Part shown: one piece after another, positions 12,994 to 27,033 of the stretch | Layout of the letters: the number at the start of each line of letters is the position of its first letter | Numbering within the stretch: the first letter of the stretch is position 1 | Assembly (NCBI GenBank): GCA_951406725.2 | Contig: OX597822.1 | Coordinates: 71,858,001 to 71,922,000 of the forward strand | DNA: 64,000 nucleotides | From: Octopus vulgaris | Lineage: Eukaryota | Direction of reading: 5' to 3' | Notes under the pieces: generated by a model | What the model was told of the DNA's origin: nothing | Seen by the model: only the letters and a program-made list of their open reading frames with translations | The model's database searches: none | Translations under genes and position numbers: made by a program

Positions 12994-13695
12994 ATTAAAA
13001 ATTAATTAAGGGTAGAAATTGATATTAGTCAATTAAAACCAGTGGTCTAGCATATTAAAAAGAATCCGAAGATTAAAATATTTATATATACCAATTAAGG
13101 ACTGAACACGTCTATATCTAGCATGACGTCTATATCTAGCATGTTGACTGTCCACTTTTCGTGTTCAGTCCTTAATTGGTATATATAAATATTTTAATCT
13201 TCGGATTCTTTTTAATATGCTAGACCACTGGTTTTAATTGACTAATATCAATTTCTACCCTTAATTAATTTTTAATATAAAATATATGTTCTTAAACCGA
13301 TAAATTGACTGTTGCTAATTATTAGCTGCTGGCTGGTTTTTCGGGTCTCAGCGCGCCAAAAGTAAAGGCATTTGAAAAATACATTCGAACTTAATCGGTT
13401 GTACTTTATGCATGCGAAACTCCGGTATCGTTTTTTGCATCTAGTCCAGCAAATTATGTTCATAACAGACTGCGCTGACGAAGTTACAGATATCCTTGTG
13501 ATATTAATAACTGAAACTGATCGGTACACATGTGATTATTTCATTTCGTATATTTTCATTTGTCTTATTTATTGCTTTGGTTTGTGCTGAATTTTATTTT
13601 ATTTGAGAACATAATCTTTGTGGAGAATGGCGATTTGACGTCTATATCTAGCATGTTGACTGTCCACTTTTCGTGTTCAGTCCTTAATTGGTATG
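12994..13695. mobile_element. Penelope-like pLTR remnant: inverted 5' segment, partial direct repeat and hammerhead motif
   Basis: 12994-13110 is the reverse complement of ~13160-13277; 13125-13182 is directly repeated at 13637-13694; CTGACGA-agtta...taact-GAAAC at 13475-13517; flanked by (TA)n. Confidence 0.6.
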
Positions 13696-14004
13696 TATGT
13701 ATATATATATATATATATACATATATACACACACATATATATATATATGTATATATACACACACACACTATATATACATAGTAAATCAAAACAAAAACGA
13801 AGAACAAACACAAAAACATGTATTTATGTATGTATATATATATATATATATATATACATATACACATACATACATACATGCATACATACATACATACATG
13901 CATACACACATACATACATACATGCATACATACATACATACATACATACATACATACATACATACATACATACATACATACATACATACATACATACATA
14001 CATA

Positions 14005-15196
14005 CAGGGTGCATAGGATATTTGAGAACAGATTTATGTTTATATAGAAATAAAACAGATATATAGTAACAGATAACTTTAATTATCAAAAAATGCTATG
14101 AGGATAAAAATAAACCTTCTTTTCTATAATGTTATTCAATAAAGCCGCCTTCAGCTTCAACAACTGCTTCTATATGAGATCTAAATCATCTACATGCTCG
14201 AAACAAGTGGTCCTGATTCATTTTAGACATTACTCTCACTATGACAGCTTTCAACGAATCTTTGGTGTTATGGTCGTGTTCATTGACCTCTCTCTCAACA
14301 ACGCTCCACATGTAATAGTCCAATGGATAAAGATCTTGGGAATTAGGAGGCCAAATGTTAGGGGTTATGTGATCATGAAAATTTTCAGCCATCCATTCCT
14401 GTGTTACTAGAGCTATGTATGGTAGTGCAGAGTCTTACTGAAACACATATGGCCTTCCATTGCATACACTGTTTATCCAGGGCTAAACAATTATTTCCAG
14501 GACCTCTATGTAGGCGACAGAGTTAACTCTAAGGCCTTGTGGAAGGAAGTGAAGAGGCATCACATGCCCTTCATTGCTGACAATCCCTAAAACCATGACA
14601 GTTGCACGAAATTTTGTATGCGTAACACTTGGAACTTCAGAAGGGTCTACACATAACCATTTGTCATTTCTTCTGTTAACTTTTGATCTCGGGCGAAGTT
14701 TTTCTCGCTTGAGAAAAATCAAATCAAATATTTTTCTGCTGGATTTTTCAGTTTGTTTAAGAACCTTTTAGATATTATGTAGTGATTTTCTTTTACTTTT
14801 TTTGACAAATTGGCCTTTCCTCATCATATAAGATTTATATCTGATGTCTTCTTGGACAACATTTCTAACTGTTCCTTCTGACACATGGAGATCTTTAGCA
14901 ATAGATCTCATGGACTTTCTGGGATTGTAATCAATGGTCTGTTGAACTTGCTGCATAAATTCAGGTGTTCTGATGATTTCAGAGCGTTTAGAAGGCTCTT
15001 TATGCTTTGATATTGGTGATACATTTCCATCTTCTGTCTCTAGCTCCTTACAAACTTTGTAGATGAAAGATCTGGCAACTTTTAAAAATCGAGATATTTC
15101 TAAATCACTATGCTCAGTCTTTATAACCACAATAACAGCATGCCTCTTCATTTCTCGAAAAAGCTGAGGGTCTGCCATTATTATTTTCTGAAACAA
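14005..15196 (-). pseudogene. Decayed Tc1/mariner transposase of the maT (DD37D) group
   Basis: HTH region (SMRSIAKDLHVSEGTVRNVV), VMVLGIVSNEG, YVFQ*D...WPPNSQDLYPLDY with 37 residues counted between the two D; candidate terminus TA|cagggtg at 14003-14011; frameshifts and stops. Confidence 0.9.
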
Positions 15197-15454
15197 AGAT
15201 TATACAGTGAGCAAAAAATGCAGCAATGACCCAAACAGATTAAAATAACTTAATACATATACAGGTGTGCAGGGATATATAGTGATACATTACAAACAGA
15301 TAATGCAGAATGCATATAGATATAGGTCTACAGAGATATACATATAGATTAAAAGGAATATATATATACACACACACACCCATATACATACATACATACA
15401 CACACACATACATACATACACAGACATACATACATACATACATACATACATACA

Positions 15455-15490
<36 letters not shown>

Positions 15491-15507
15491 CATACATACA
15501 TATATAT

Positions 15508-15557
<50 letters not shown>

Positions 15558-15732
15558 TATTAATAAATAGATGGAAAAAAGATTTTATTTAGGACGACAC
15601 ATGTTTCGACCCGTTCTGGGTCTCTTCGGGTACATAAATAAAAAAAGTCTCGCTAGAGATTCGGTTTTACGTATCACTAAATGTCCGTAAGCTTTGGGAA
15701 TACACACACACACACACTCACACACACACACG

Positions 15733-15764
<32 letters not shown>

Positions 15765-15919
15765 CACACACACAGAACTCATACACCCACCCACATGCAT
15801 GCATATACACATCATACATGTAGATGTATATGTGCATATCTACATATACATACACACAAACACGCACATATATATATATTTATACAAACACATATACACA
15901 CATATATACATATTTCTAT

Positions 15920-16152
15920 ATGTAGATGTCTTTAAAATAAAACTGGATCTCTTCCTGTCAAGTGTCCCAGAACCAACTTCACGGCAGGAGGTGCAGATGA
16001 GGGCAGCTGCATCGAACTCTCTCATGCACCAAATGGCAATTGCTAAAAAGCATTCGTGAAGTAAAATCATGTAGCAACACCGAATGGCGGTGCCCCAGCA
16101 TGGCCACAGCTCGTGAGCTGAAACTAGATAAAATAAAATAAAAATAAAATAA
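15920..16152 (+). mobile_element. 3' fragment of CR1-type LINE
   Basis: Encodes VDVFKIKLDLFLSSVPEPTSRQEVQMRAAASNSL, homologous to the end of ORF 48828-49583; tail gctgaaactagataaaataaaata. Confidence 0.8.
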
Positions 16153-16360
16153 ATATATATTAAGAAAATATACTCACACATATAATCCTATTTACGCTTG
16201 TCAGTATACCAGTAACAGTTATTTACTAGTAACACGCACAAGAAAACAGGTGATTGAATTCGAATATGGGCGAAGCAAGATGTATACATATATACACGCA
16301 CATATGTACAAACAGATGTTTAAAAAATATAGGCAAGCAAAATTTCAAATATACATACAT

Positions 16361-16527
16361 AGGCGCAGGAGTGGCTGTGTGGTAAGTAGCTTGCTAACTA
16401 ACCACATGGTTCCGGGTTCAGTCCCACTGCGTGGCATCTTGGGTAAGTGTCTTCTGCTATAACCCCGGGCCGACCAATACCTTGTGAGTGGATTTGGTAG
16501 ACGGAAACTGAAAGAAGCCTGGTCGTA

Positions 16528-16604
<77 letters not shown>

Positions 16605-16806
16605 CTGTGTTTGTCCCCCTAGCATTGCTTGACAACCGATGCTGGTGTGTTTACGTCCCCGTCACTTAGCGGTTCGGCAAAAGAGACCGATAGAATAAGT
16701 ACTGGGCTTACAAAGAATAAGTTCCGGGGTCGATTTGCTCGACTAAAGGCGGTGCTCCAGCATGGCCGCAGTCAAATGACTGAAACAAGTAAAAGAGTAA
16801 AAGAGT
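16361..16806 (+). mobile_element. SINE family B, full length
   Basis: aggcgcaggagtggctgtgtggtaag head, internal (TA)n, tail aagtaaaagagtaaaagagta. Confidence 0.9.
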
Positions 16807-17224
16807 ATATCAATACATACAAAGATACGGGATACGTATTGTCATGTACATGAAGGGTCTTTCAGTTATCGTAATTAAATAATATAAATAACAAAATTAG
16901 GAAATACTATTAAATCAAGTGAGTATATAGTGTGGTGTTAAGTAATATCAAACGACAATATTAAGGATAATAATGAACTATTTTAGATTAGTGAAAACGA
17001 ATCTAGTCATGTGTTTCCATGAAAAAGCTTTTTCATCCTTCGTATTTACTAGGTTTCCATTCATTTTCATTATTTTATCGCTTTCTACAGATTTTATCGT
17101 TATTTTTGTAAGAAGGTGCAGATGACAGAATTTTTCAATAAACTGAGTAATCAATATTTTTTCATTTTGTTTTTTTCTTTGAGGTGCTAAATTTTTTTTT
17201 TTTTTTTTTGAGAGTCCGGTGCTG

Positions 17225-17317
<93 letters not shown>

Positions 17318-17395
17318 GAGAGAGAGAGAGAGAGAGAGATACATACATACATACATATGTATATAAATATATATACACACATAAATATATATATA

Positions 17396-19075
17396 CATCA
17401 TCATCGTCGTTTAACATCCACTTTCCATGCTGGCATAGGCTGGACGGTTTGACTGAGGGCTTGGCAAGCCAGAAGGCTACTCCAAGCTCCAATCAGATCT
17501 GGCAAAGTTTCTACAGCTGGATGCCCTTCCTAACGCCAATTACTCCGAGAGTGTAGTGGGTGCTTTTTACGTGCCACCGGCACGGTAGTTAGTCAGGCGG
17601 TACTGGCAAGGGAGTTAGTCAGGCGGCGAGCTGGCAGAAACGTTAGCACGCCGGGCGAAATGCGTAGCCGTATTTCGTCTGCGTTACGTTCTGAGTTCAA
17701 ATTCCGCCCAGGTCGACTTTGCCTTTCATCCTTTCGGGGTCGATAAATTAAGTACCAGTTACGCACTGGGGTCGATGTAATCCACTTAATACCTATGTCT
17801 GTCCTTGTTTGTCCCCTGTGTTTAGCCCCTTGTGGGTAATAAAGAAATAGGTACTGGCAACGACCTGGCTCGAATGGTGCTTTTTACGTGCTACCGGGAC
17901 GACAGCCACTCAGGCGGCACTGGCAACGACCACGCTCGAATGCTGCTTTTTACGTGCCACCAGCACGGGACCAGTCAGGTGGCACTGGCATCAACCACGC
18001 TCGAATTGTGCCTTTTACGTGCCAGTCAGGTCTTCGCAAGCGCAGTTTATTGCCCAATGACTGACGGGTACTCTTAAATGGGCCGGCTTTGCTGCACTGA
18101 CACAAGCCACGGTTACGGTCTCACTTGGCTTGCCGGGTCTTCGCAAGCACAGCATATCTCCAATGGTCTCGGTCACTTGTCATCGCCTCAGTGAAGCCCA
18201 ACGTTCGAAGGTCGTGCTTCACCACTTCATCCCAGGTCTTCCTAGGTCTACCTCTTCCACAGGTTCCCTCTACTGCTAGGGTGTGACACTTTTTCACACA
18301 GCTGTCATCATCCATACGCAACATATGACCATACCAGCGCAGTCGTCTCTCTTGCACACCGCATTTGATGCTTCTTATGTCCAACTTTTCTCTCAGGGCG
18401 CTTACACTCTATAGTGTATGCACACTGGCATTACACATTCAGCGGAGCATACTGGCTTCATTTCTTGCAAGTATACGCATGTCCTCAGCAGTCACAGTCC
18501 ATGTTTCACTGCCATGTAGCATGGCTGTTCGCACACATGCGTCATACAGTCTACCTTTTACTCTGAGCGAGAGGCCCTTTGTCACCAGCAGAGGTAGGAA
18601 CTCTCTGAACTTTGCCCAGGCTATTCTTATTCTAGCAGCTATACTCTCAGAGCATCCACCCTCGCTATTGACTTGGTCACCTAGGTAACGGAAGCTATCA
18701 ACTACTTCTAGTTTTTCCCCTGGCATATGACGGAAGATATTTTCTGCACACTTTCAGTGTTTGTTAACATTTGCCAAACACAAAAACTATCTTCCCAGTA
18801 AGCCTTCCTTTGATATTTCTACACCTCTTATGTATCCAAACCTTACACTGGGTACATCTTATGGAGTTTCTACCTAAACCTTTTCCACAGATCGAGCAGG
18901 GCCATCTACCTGAAGGGATTTGTGATTTGTCTGCCTTCCTACTTATTAAGAATTTTGTTTTTGCTAGATTGACTCTAAGGCCCTTCGATTCTAGACCGTG
19001 CTTCAAAACATGAAACTTCTCTAGTTTTGATAGTGACTCAGCTATTAGAGCAAGGTCATCAGCATAGAGAAGCTC

Positions 19076-19078
<3 letters not shown>
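17396..19078 (-). mobile_element. 5'-truncated RTE-clade LINE (RT C-terminal half and 3' UTR)
   Basis: LLYADDLALIAES, VVDSFRYLG, RIRIAWAKFRE, RRLRWYGHMLRM, GRGRPRKTWDEVV are typical RTE ORF motifs; (ATG)n-type tail at ~17396-17410; ~57-bp tandem repeats in the 3' UTR. Confidence 0.9.
17625..17849 (+). mobile_element. SINE family A inserted in the RTE 3' UTR
   Basis: ggcgagctggcagaaacgttagcacgccgggcgaaatgc...aataaagaaata interrupts the RTE tandem unit aggc|ggtactggcaac. Confidence 0.85.
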
Positions 19079-19127
<49 letters not shown>

Positions 19128-19346
19128 TACATACATACATACATACATACATACATACATACGTACGTACGTACGTACGTACGTACGTACGTATGTACGT
19201 ATGTATGTGTATATATATATATATATATATATAAATATTTAGGACATTGTCTCGTGTGTTCTTACGAGTTTTGAGACGGTGATTATGATATGAGGGGAAT
19301 GTGATAGCTATTTCTATCAGATCGACCGACTGTGTCTGATTAGTTA

Positions 19347-19700
19347 CGGTATTTTCGGGTATATAAGGTGCACCCCTAATTTTAACAGGCCTAATCTGCG
19401 AAATCAAAACAAAATGCAACTAACCCCGAATACCCTAGTTGAATATCTCATTGCATTTTCATGTATAGGCACCATTAGGATTTAGACTGACACCTTTTGG
19501 TATGCTGTTATGGAAGGCTAACTTGCAATACCAACCTTTACACTGCCAAATACCATCACTGACCTTCACCAGTATTGTTCTTCGTTAAAAACACCAAACG
19601 AATCTAAGCCAAAACCTGACTTTCAGCATGTAAGACGCAAGGTGACTTTTGAGGGAAATTATTTGGAAGAAAAGTATGCTTTTTGTACCGAAAAATACGG
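19347..19700. mobile_element. pogo-type MITE
   Basis: TA|cggtattttcgggtatataa ... ttttgtaccgaaaaatacgg|TA imperfect TIRs, similar to the pogo TIR at 4847-4873. Confidence 0.7.
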
Positions 19701-20002
19701 TATTTCGTGTTATAAACCTCAACTAGCACTATAGTAGAAATGAAACCTCAACTAACACGTCTTTTATATAGCCAGAAGCGTAACGAACTTCTGTTGAAAA
19801 ATAGGTTTTGTTCTGAACTATCACAATAATGTACATTTGAATGTGTTTTATCAAATAAAATATTTCTAAAATGTATTGTGCGAATCAATAGTGCATAACA
19901 TTTAATATAAACTGAAAAGCTATAGAAATGTATTAGTAGTATGCTCTGAATAAACTCAACCTAACATTGTATTGTGGATAATGAGATTAGGAGTTGAGGA
20001 AA

Positions 20003-20048
<46 letters not shown>

Positions 20049-20117
20049 GATGACCTGAATACTGTTTAAAGAAAATACTTATCATATGGTTAAATGAGAA
20101 TATTCTATCGTTATAAA

Positions 20118-20671
20118 CAGTGGTGTACTGGGTCTAAAGATATTTATTTTTTTATTGATCACAGGGGGCTAAACATAGAGGGGAGAAATAAGGACAGACA
20201 AAGAGATTTAGCCGATTACAGCGACCCCAGTGCGTAACTGGTACTTATTTAATTGACCCCAAAAGGATGAAAGGCAAAGTCGACCTCGGCGGAATTTGAA
20301 CTTAGAACGTTGCAGCAGACGAAATACCGCTATGCATTTCGCCCGGCGTGCTAACGATTCTGCCAGCTCGACGCCTTAACTGGGTCTAAAGATATTGGTT
20401 GCCATGAAACTAAGAGGGTCTACCCACAACTACAATGCTATCATTTAATTTTTTTCTTTTTTTTTTAAGTATTCTTTTCAACTATCTACAAACACAGCCA
20501 GGCTGAAATAATTAATGAATTCTTCCAGGAGTGAATAAAAAAATTCTCAAACATGAGAGGATGGGCCCCTTAGATACTAACATGCCCCATTTCCCATATA
20601 TATATAGATTCTAATGGTGCAGGGGCCCACTTGTCATCGGGCAAGCTGGCAACCTGGCCAGTCCGCCACTG
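20118..20671. mobile_element. hAT MITE with a nested SINE A (minus, 20145-20378)
   Basis: TIRs cagtggtgtactgg / ccagtccgccactg; exact 8-bp TSD gttataaa at 20110-20117 and 20672-20679; SINE TSD actgggtctaaagatatt at 20127-20144 and 20379-20396. Confidence 0.9.
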
Positions 20672-20719
20672 GTTATAAATAGTGCAGGAGATGAAAATTA
20701 GATTCAGATAACACTCCGC

Positions 20720-21210
20720 TTGTGTGGCTTAGTGTGGTTAGGGTATTCAGCCATTAGCGTAGCTGGGCGGTAGGGGCGGTCTGCTCCGGTGGAACTTTTA
20801 AAGGGGTGGTACTTTTGGCTCTGCCGTAGGCAATAAATATGTGTTTTTTGTGGTCTCCGGGGGCGGCAAACGGAAGGGCCGCCCCGGACAGCACACACTC
20901 TAACTACGCTAGTGTGTTCAATTCTCAATCGTAAGGTCGTGAATCGTGTGTTCGAATCCCGGCGGTGCACTGTGCCCTTGCGCAAAGCACTTCATTTCCC
21001 TTTGCTCCAGTTCATTCAGCTTACAAACATGACCTCTACCTGTAATTCAAACGGCCAGCCTTCTCACATTCTGCCACGGTGAATCTCCTTGATAACTACG
21101 CTAAGGGTACATGTGTCTGTGGAATGCTCAGCCACCTCCACGTTAATTTTACGAGCAGGCTGTTCCGTTGATCGGATTAACTGGAACCCTCGTCGTAACC
21201 GACGAAGTGC
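20720..21210 (+). mobile_element. SINE family C with a small hAT-like MITE (20752-20914) inserted in its tRNA head
   Basis: A box tggcttagtgtggttaggg and B box gttcgaatcc are separated by an element with TIRs cattagcgtagct / aactacgctagtg; family C tail ends cgtcgtaaccgac. Confidence 0.7.
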
Positions 21211-21440
21211 AGTTTTAGCTAATCTAATACCCTAACCTAAAGGTATATAAAAAAAAAAAAAAAAAGCAGTTTGGGTTAAGAGGCTCACTTTGCAACCACG
21301 TGGTTTCGGGTTCCGTTCCGCTTCGCAATACCTTGGGCAAGTGTCTTCTTCGATAGCCCAGCGCCGACCAATGCTTTGTGAGTGAATTTGGTATCACAGA
21401 AACCATGTCGAAGCCCATTGAATATATGTGTGCGGGTGAG

Positions 21441-22514
21441 CAGCGTTGGATTAGTTCATTAAGCAAAATAAGCACGTGCTTAGGGCGTCAAGGGACGGGA
21501 GAGGGGGGAACATCAGAAATGAAAATGGTTTACGGCACGAAAGAAATCACTTTAAAGTTGCTAAAATAATATTCGTAATGCCTTTATCTCTACTAAGTAT
21601 AGAAGCAGATGTGTTACCTAAGATTAATTTTAACGATATCATCAAACACTTTGCAATTAACAAAGAAAAAAAATGAAGGATGAAACTTTTCAAATATAAA
21701 TAAAATGGAAGTGTAGTGGATCTTGTAAGCATGAAGTGGATTCGATCCGCCATAGCCAAATTTAAATTAACACTGCAATAGAACTTTTCCCACGGTGTAA
21801 CAATGGTTTTTCTGTGGTAGCAGTTTTACATTTTCCAGATGTCTTCAGCTAGGCGGAAATAATGTCTTCACCACTTGACCTTTTCTAACCTCTTCTAGAA
21901 TAGAGATAACAAGACCACCAACTAAATCTATTGTTCTCAATGATATGGCTATCCTTCTGGATAGTTATAAAGGCAAGAACACCCCAAGCAAAAAAAAAAA
22001 GAGTTAGTCACAGTCGGTGACTACTCAACGAATTCAGTCACATCGTGACGACTCAATTAGGGAACGGACTGTTAGAATCATGATCACAAGGAATGCAGCT
22101 ACTAAAGATAATGGTCAGCGAGAGAAACGAAATTTACTGTCAGCAACTGTGAGACAACGTCCCACAGCCTACAATTCTCACTAGCTCTAATTCTGTTCTC
22201 TTACAACATCATTCTATCTCTCTCTGTATTTACTACTAAACAATTTCTCCCGTTACAATTGGTGACTCGCGACTTCAACTAAAAAACTTTATCGTAATAA
22301 AAATTTCTCCTGTTACAGAAGTATACAAAAGTAAACATTATTTTCCATCTTACTGTGAATTTTGTTTCATTTTGAAAAATAAAAATTTATTTTATGGTTT
22401 ATTATCGTTTACATTTTGAATTTTTTGTTTATTTTTTTAACCATTTACATATACTTGAGTGCACCAAGACTTTTTAAGTGCTAAGGGTCTCTAATGGGTC
22501 TTAATCCGGCCTTG
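21441..22514 (+). mobile_element. Internally deleted hAT element inserted in a SINE B
   Basis: Exact 8-bp TSD cgggtgag at 21433-21440 and 22515-22522; imperfect TIR cagcgttggatta / taatccggccttg; 21580-21676 encodes LSLLSIEADVLPKINFNDIIKHFAINKEKK, resembling the hAT C-terminal dimerisation region. Confidence 0.8.
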
Positions 22515-22754
22515 CGGGTGAGTGCGTCTTTGTGTTTTTCCTTCCCCTTTGAAAACCTGTGTTAGTTTGTTTACGTCCCCGGAAACCGCTAGGATAAGTA
22601 CCAAACATAAAAAGTAAGTACTGGGGTCCATTTATTCGACTAAAACCCGTTAGAGTGGTGTCCCAGCATGGCCACAGGCCGAAGACTGAAACAAAAGATA
22701 AAAACTAAAAACTGCTGTCTCACCGCTCGTAGTAGTAGCAGTAGCAGCAGCAGC

Positions 22755-22786
<32 letters not shown>

Positions 22787-23711
22787 CAGCAGCAGCAGCA
22801 GTAGTAGTAGTAGTCGCAATAGTAGTATAAGACTGCCATATTTCCCAGTGCACTCGTCGTCCCTCTGAGTAAAAAAAACAAAAGGCTTCGAGGAAACTTA
22901 TGGTCATCTGTGTCGATAACAATTAAACAGTGAAATTAGTGAGTTTGGATAGCGTTATATAAAATCATTAAATTCACTGTATAATTATTGTGGATGTGTT
23001 ATGGTGGAGAAAAAAGAATCTTACAACTCGGAGCTGTATCCTTCGCTTCAAACCGAGAATTTCATTTTCAATCCTCCTTCAGACAAAGGTACAGCCCTGA
23101 AGCGTCGAATTTCTCGTCTATCCACGGCTTACGAATTTAACCCAACCTTCCAGACTTTATTTTATTACTTGCTGTTGTTTAACCACTTCATATTATGAGG
23201 CAGTAGTTAGGGGATAGTGTCATGAACAACGCAGATGAGCGGTGACAGTTTAACTGAAGATATATAGCACGTAATCTATAAAGAGAAATCAATGCATTAT
23301 AATAAACCATATAAGAAAATCATAATACATTTGAAATAAAGATATTTCCTGATTAAACGCACGATTAGTATACATGCCTTCTAGTTCTATTATACGAAGA
23401 AGCTGAAAACATCCTGGCTTTGTATAAAAGAAAATACAAGAGGATCAGTTAATTATGATTTTATTCAACATAATAACTACAGAAATCAACCGTCCGAAGA
23501 CAAACAGGTTAAGACAATCCTTCCAAGTATTTGGACTCACGTGGACCGGTTTCTAGACTGGCATTATAACCTCGCCTTCCTCGGCACGCGTTACCAATTG
23601 CCTGTATTATTGATTCTGTTATTATCATTTTATTAAAAATTGTTACACTAGATAATAATAGAGTCAATGATATCTTCGCAAATATTTTCTCGTGAATTAT
23701 TCGCTCCTTTA

Positions 23712-24140
<429 letters not shown>

Positions 24141-24657
24141 GTCCTTATTGAAACTATTTTCACATTGGTGGCTGCTATGATTTGCACACTTATTGCAGCA
24201 GTTCTTCAGGAAAAGGACTAAGAGGGTTGGGCCTTCAATCAAGCCTTTTGCGACACCCTTAAAGCCAGTAACTTTTCTGCACACCGTCGTGTGTGTATAT
24301 GTAGAAAAATACCCACGCAAATATTGAAAACGATATATTCAGAACAGTCACTACCCATGAATTTATTCAGAACAATTCCAGTCACTGCTGCTATAACCAC
24401 AACAGGTCACTTTTAGGTCACTTGACCATTTAAGAAGACTCTACCTACAGCCTATTACTGTCATACCTGTCACGCCTTTTCTCCTTTTCCTACTCCCTTT
24501 TCTTCTTCTTCGTCTTCTTCTTCTTCTTCTTCTTAGCTGTCTCTTTCCTCGGCTACTACTGCTTAAACAATCGAAATCCAGAAACAACAACCCTCTTATT
24601 CAATATTTCTTCAGATCTGCTACTACCTACCTACCGAGCCTTCACAAATGTGGGTGA

Positions 24658-24715
<58 letters not shown>

Positions 24716-24753
24716 TACAGACAAACAGACAGATAGACAGAAAAAAGGAAAAT

Positions 24754-26036
24754 GGGGTTGGACAAAATAATGGAAACATTTTGCGCCATAGCATCACAAT
24801 TTTGAAATATCTATAAAACCGTCAACAGCTTGTTTATTTTTTATGCTTTTAAATTTTATTATTAGTGTTGCTTAATATGTTTTGCTAAAATTGCTGTTTC
24901 ATTTCAGATATCACCAGAAAAAGGTAATTAAAATTCATTAAAATGACAGATCTATCGAGCTTTCAAACAGGTCAAATCGTTGGTGCTCGTTTGGCAGGCT
25001 CTAACGTAACGAAAACAGCAGAAATGTTTGGTGTATCAAGAAGTACTATCTCGAAAGTAATGACAGCTTTTGAGAAAGAAGGAAAAACCTCCTCGTCGAA
25101 ACAAAACTCCGGAAGAAAACCAAAACTTTCAGATATGGACAGTCGGAATCTTACGCGAATTCTTAGAAAGGATCACAAAAGTACAACTCCCAAAATTACT
25201 GCAGAGCTTAATGACCACCTCGAGAACCCAGTTTCCACAAAAGCTGTTCGCTGGGAGCTGCACAAAGCCGGATTTCACGGGAGGGCTGCAATCAGAAAAC
25301 CACTACTTTCAAAAACAAATGTTGCAAAGCGTTTAGAGTGGAGTAAAAACCTACAGAATTGGTCCCTAGAGCAGTGAAAGAATGTTATTTTCTCGAACGA
25401 GTAATCCTTTAACTTATCTCCGACCACCGGTCGAGTATACATGTGGAGAGAGCCAAAAGAAGCATTTGACCCAGACTGCCTTCTTCCAATTGTTAAACAT
25501 GGAGGAGGATCTGTAATGATCTAGCGGGGGGGGGGGGGCTATATCTTGGAAATATGCCGGCCCAATGGTTTCCCTTCATGTCAGAATTAATAATCAAGAC
25601 GATTTAAGTATTTTATCTGATCAAATTCATCATATGTTTGCGGAACTGTTTCCGGAGGGAAACGCAATCTTTCAGGATGATAAGGAACCAATTAACACAA
25701 CCAAAGTTGTTACTGAATGACACGAGGGACATTCTAGTGAAGTTGAACATCTTATCTAGCCACCATGGTCCCCCAAATTTCAATATTATTGAACATTTAT
25801 GGTGCATTTTAGAAAAACAAGTAAGGAGTCGATATACCCCACCATCATCACTACAAGAACTGGAGACTAATTTAGCTGAAAAATGGACAAAAATTCCTTT
25901 GAAAACAATTCAAATTTTGTCCGAGTCCATATCTTTAGAATTCAAACTGTAATTACTGCTAAAGGCGGTCCTACCCGATATTAAAATAAATTTGTTTGAA
26001 ATTTTAAGTCGTTTCCATTATTTTGTCCAACCTCTG
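24754..26036 (+). mobile_element. Near full-length decayed Tc1-family transposon
   Basis: TIR ggttggacaaaataatggaaac (24756-24777) and gtttccattattttgtccaacctctg|TA (26011-26038); ORF 24943-25377 has paired-like HTH, SGRKPKLS and RKPLLS; downstream VKHGGGSVMI, IFQDD, NIIEHLW; stops and frameshifts. Confidence 0.92.
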
Positions 26037-26724
26037 TATTTGAAAACTATGGAAATGTTTTTTTCAAAATATTTCATTTAATTTTTCCACAATTTAATTT
26101 CTTTTCATGCTTTACTCTAAGTTGAAAAAGTCGCAAAGACTGAAACCGGTACTAAAAGGTTCTTCATGATAAAATTATCTTCGCATTTTCTACCTTGCCC
26201 TATTTTCCTTTTATATATATTTCCTGGTTTTAGGTAAAACAATATGCAGGACGATCTGTTAATTATGATTTTATGTAACATATTCCCCTCTCTGATTCGC
26301 ACACTTATTGCAAAGGTCTTTCAGATTTTCTAAGCCCTGTAAAAGAACTCGGAAGATCGGACTGCCAGTTAGGCCTTCCGCGATATTCTTAAGGCCAAGA
26401 ACTTTTCAGCACCTCGCTCCTAGTTCTTCGTGTATCATCAGTGGTTCTCAACCATTTTTTGCCTATGGAACCCTTTCATTCCTAGGTTACTCTATAAGAC
26501 TTCCATAGCTATTTCTTTTGTTTGTTTCAGTCATATTACTGAAGCCATGCTGGACCATCACCTTTAGTCGAGCAAATTGACACCAGGACTTATTCTTTGT
26601 AAACCTAGTAGTTATTCTATCGTTTTTTGGGGTTTTTTTTTGCCGAACCGCTAGTTTACGGGGACGTAAACATACCAGCATCGGTTGTCAAGTGATGTTG
26701 GGTGGACAAACACAGACACACAGG

Positions 26725-26802
<78 letters not shown>

Positions 26803-27033
26803 AATATAAATACGACGGGCTTCTTTCAGTTTCCGTCTGCCAAATCCACTCACAAGGCTTTGGTCGGCCCGAGGCTATAGTAGAAGATACTTGCCCAAGG
26901 TGCCACGCAGTGGGACTGAACCTGGAACCAAGCTACTTCCACACAGCCTGGAACCTGGAACCAAGCTACTTCCACACAGCCACTCCTGCACCTATTCGCT
27001 ATGTTAAAAAAAAAATCTTACTGTATTTTTATA

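Noticed and set aside
15260-15285. Second TIR of the DD37D element
   Set aside because: It resembles 14004-14022 in direct rather than inverted orientation, so it cannot be called the partner TIR.
22650-22922. Poly-Ser and poly-Thr/Ala ORFs
   Set aside because: (AGT/AGC)n microsatellite next to a SINE tail.
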